64,000 nucleotides of DNA from an uncultured Chloroflexia bacterium (GTDB lineage Bacteria > Chloroflexota > Dehalococcoidia > DSTF01 > JALHUB01), in assembly GCA_963726245.1 (NCBI GenBank), contig CAVSBT010000030.1, positions 1 through 64,000 of the forward strand. Direction: 5' to 3'. The notes under the pieces are model-generated. The model did no database searches, was not told the DNA's origin, and saw only the letters and a list, made by a program, of their open reading frames with translations. Both the position numbers and the translations under genes were made by a program. Positions 62,590 through 64,000 of this stretch are shown here, piece after piece. Within the stretch, counting starts at the first letter, position 1. Each line of letters opens with the position of its first letter.

Positions 62590-64000
62590 ATGGCCCGCAC
62601 GATCCGCCTGCTGCGATGGTGCCTTGTCGGCAGCATAGTAGCGGCGCTGCTGGGCTACGTTGCCCTCTACCTTCTGCCGCTACCGCCTGCCCCCGCCGCC
62701 CCACCTCTGGCGGAATCGACGAAGATCCTCGACCGGCAGGGCCGTGTCCTGTACGACTCCGGCACCGCCGAGGGCCACCACACCTACCTGCCGCTCGACC
62801 AGGTGCCCGATCACCTCAAGCAGGCGGTCATCGCCACCGAGGACGCCTCCTTCTATAGCCACCCCGGCGTCGACATCGGAGCTATCCTCCGCGCCGCGTT
62901 CACGGACCTGCGCGATCGCGAGCTGACCTCCGGCGCCAGCACCATCACGCAGCAGTTGGCCCGCAACCTCTACTTCGATCCAGCGGAGCGCTCCTCTCGC
63001 AACCCGCTCCGCAAGCTGCGCGAGGCCGTGCTCGCCCTGCGGATGGACCGCACGCTCTCCAAAGACGAGATCCTGGAGCGGTTCCTGAACCAGGTCTACT
63101 TCGGCAACCTGGCTTACGGCGTGGAGGCGGCCTCGCGCACGTACTTCGGCAAGGGCGCCCGCGACCTGGACCTGGCCGAGTCCGCCTTGCTGGCCGGGCT
63201 GCTCCAGTCGCCCGCCGCCTACGACCCCTTCACGCAGATGGACGCCGCCAAGGCCCGGCAGGCGACGGTCCTCACGCGGATGGCCGATGAGGGGTACATC
63301 AGCCGCTGCCGAAGCGGAGGCGGCAGGGGCGGAGCCGCTGTCCCTGAACCCCACGCCCTTCCCTATCGAGGCGCCTCACTTCGTGGCCTGGGTGCGGGAC
63401 CAGCTCCCAGGCCTGGTGGGCGAGGCGGCCGTCGCGCAGGGCGACCTGCGCGTCTACACGTCGCTCGACCTGGACCTGCAGCAGTCAGCGCAGGCGGCCG
63501 TGGCCTGGCACGTGGGCCAGCTCAAGGACCGCAACGTGACCAACGGCGCCGTCGTCGCCATCGACCCGCAGACCGGGCAGGTGCTGGCCATGGTGGGAAG
63601 CGCCGACTACTTCGACGCCGATATCGACGGCGCCGTCAACCTCACACTGGCCGAGCGGCAGCCGGGAAGCTCCATCAAGCCCGTCGTCTACGCGGCCGCG
63701 CTGGAGGCGGGGTTCACGCCGGCGTCGCCGCTGCTGGACGTGCCGACAACGCTGAAGACCCGTCGCGGCGAGCCCTACGCGCCGAACAACTACGACTTCA
63801 CCTTCCACGGCGTCGTCCCCCTGCGGGAGGCGCTGGCCTCCTCCTACAACGTGCCCGCCGTCCGCGTCCTCGCCGCCATCGGCGTGGAGCGGGCCTTCGA
63901 GATGGGCCGGCGGCTCGGCCTCACGACCTTCCGCGACCCGTCACGCTACGACCTGTCGCTGACCCTTGGCGGCGGCGAGGTGCGGCTCCTGGACCTGACG
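62590..64000 (+). CDS. Class A penicillin-binding protein (PBP1a/1c type), 3' truncated, frameshifted
   Basis: Transglycosylase motifs EDASF..HPGVD, GASTITQQL, RKLRE, ILE..LN, GVEAAS; transpeptidase RQPGSSIKP (SxxK) and SYN. Confidence 0.93.
   Translation, partial: MARTIRLLRWCLVGSIVAALLGYVALYLLPLPPAPAAPPLAESTKILDRQGRVLYDSGTAEGHHTYLPLDQVPDHLKQAVIATEDASFYSHPGVDIGAILRAAFTDLRDRELTSGASTITQQLARNLYFDPAERSSRNPLRKLREAVLALRMDRTLSKDEILERFLNQVYFGNLAYGVEAASRTYFGKGARDLDLAESALLAGLLQSPAAYDPFTQMDAAKARQATVLTRMADEGYISRCRSGGGRGGAAVPEPHALPYRGASLRGLGAGPAPRPGGRGGRRAGRPARLHVARPGPAAVSAGGRGLARGPAQGPQRDQRRRRRHRPADRAGAGHGGKRRLLRRRYRRRRQPHTGRAAAGKLHQARRLRGRAGGGVHAGVAAAGRADNAEDPSRRALRAEQLRLHLPRRRPPAGGAGLLLQRARRPRPRRHRRGAGLRDGPAARPHDLPRPVTLRPVADPWRRRGAAPGPD

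Noticed and set aside
1-64000. CRISPR array, prophage, IS transposase or rRNA
   Set aside because: No regularly spaced repeats, phage structural genes, transposases or rRNA signatures seen by eye.

Overview
High-GC bacterial chromosomal segment. Gene content and order (yceD-rpmF-fabD-nusB-acpP-tat, udg-rnj-ftsK) suggest Chloroflexota, probably Dehalococcoidia-like (inference). Many conserved genes are split by 1-nt frameshifts, most simply long-read indel errors, so several CDS are reconstructed across frames. Contents in order: rsgA with a leader-peptide attenuator, tRNA-Ser(GCT), miaB, an NrtR-controlled nadA-VOC-nadB-nadC operon, L,D-transpeptidase, dtd, a liv-type ABC transporter, translation/fatty-acid/Tat genes, a decayed RHS patch, a rod-shaped putative ncRNA, udg-rnj-ftsK, an ApbE flavinylation cluster, a two-component system with PDZ/HtrA genes, an mgtA plus wHTH-amt-glnK block bounded by a 41-bp direct repeat, an ABC exporter, a thiolase, a PadR/HAAS pair divergent from a hopanoid cluster (prenyl synthase, ispH, yjbQ, shc, hpnCDE, hpnH, hpnG), and a GH3-TM-winged-helix protein divergent from a class A PBP. 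Best candidates for undescribed systems: the GH3-TM-wHTH one-component receptor, PadR/HAAS control of hopanoid synthesis, and the rsgA attenuator. All calls come from reading motifs by eye; no searches were run.
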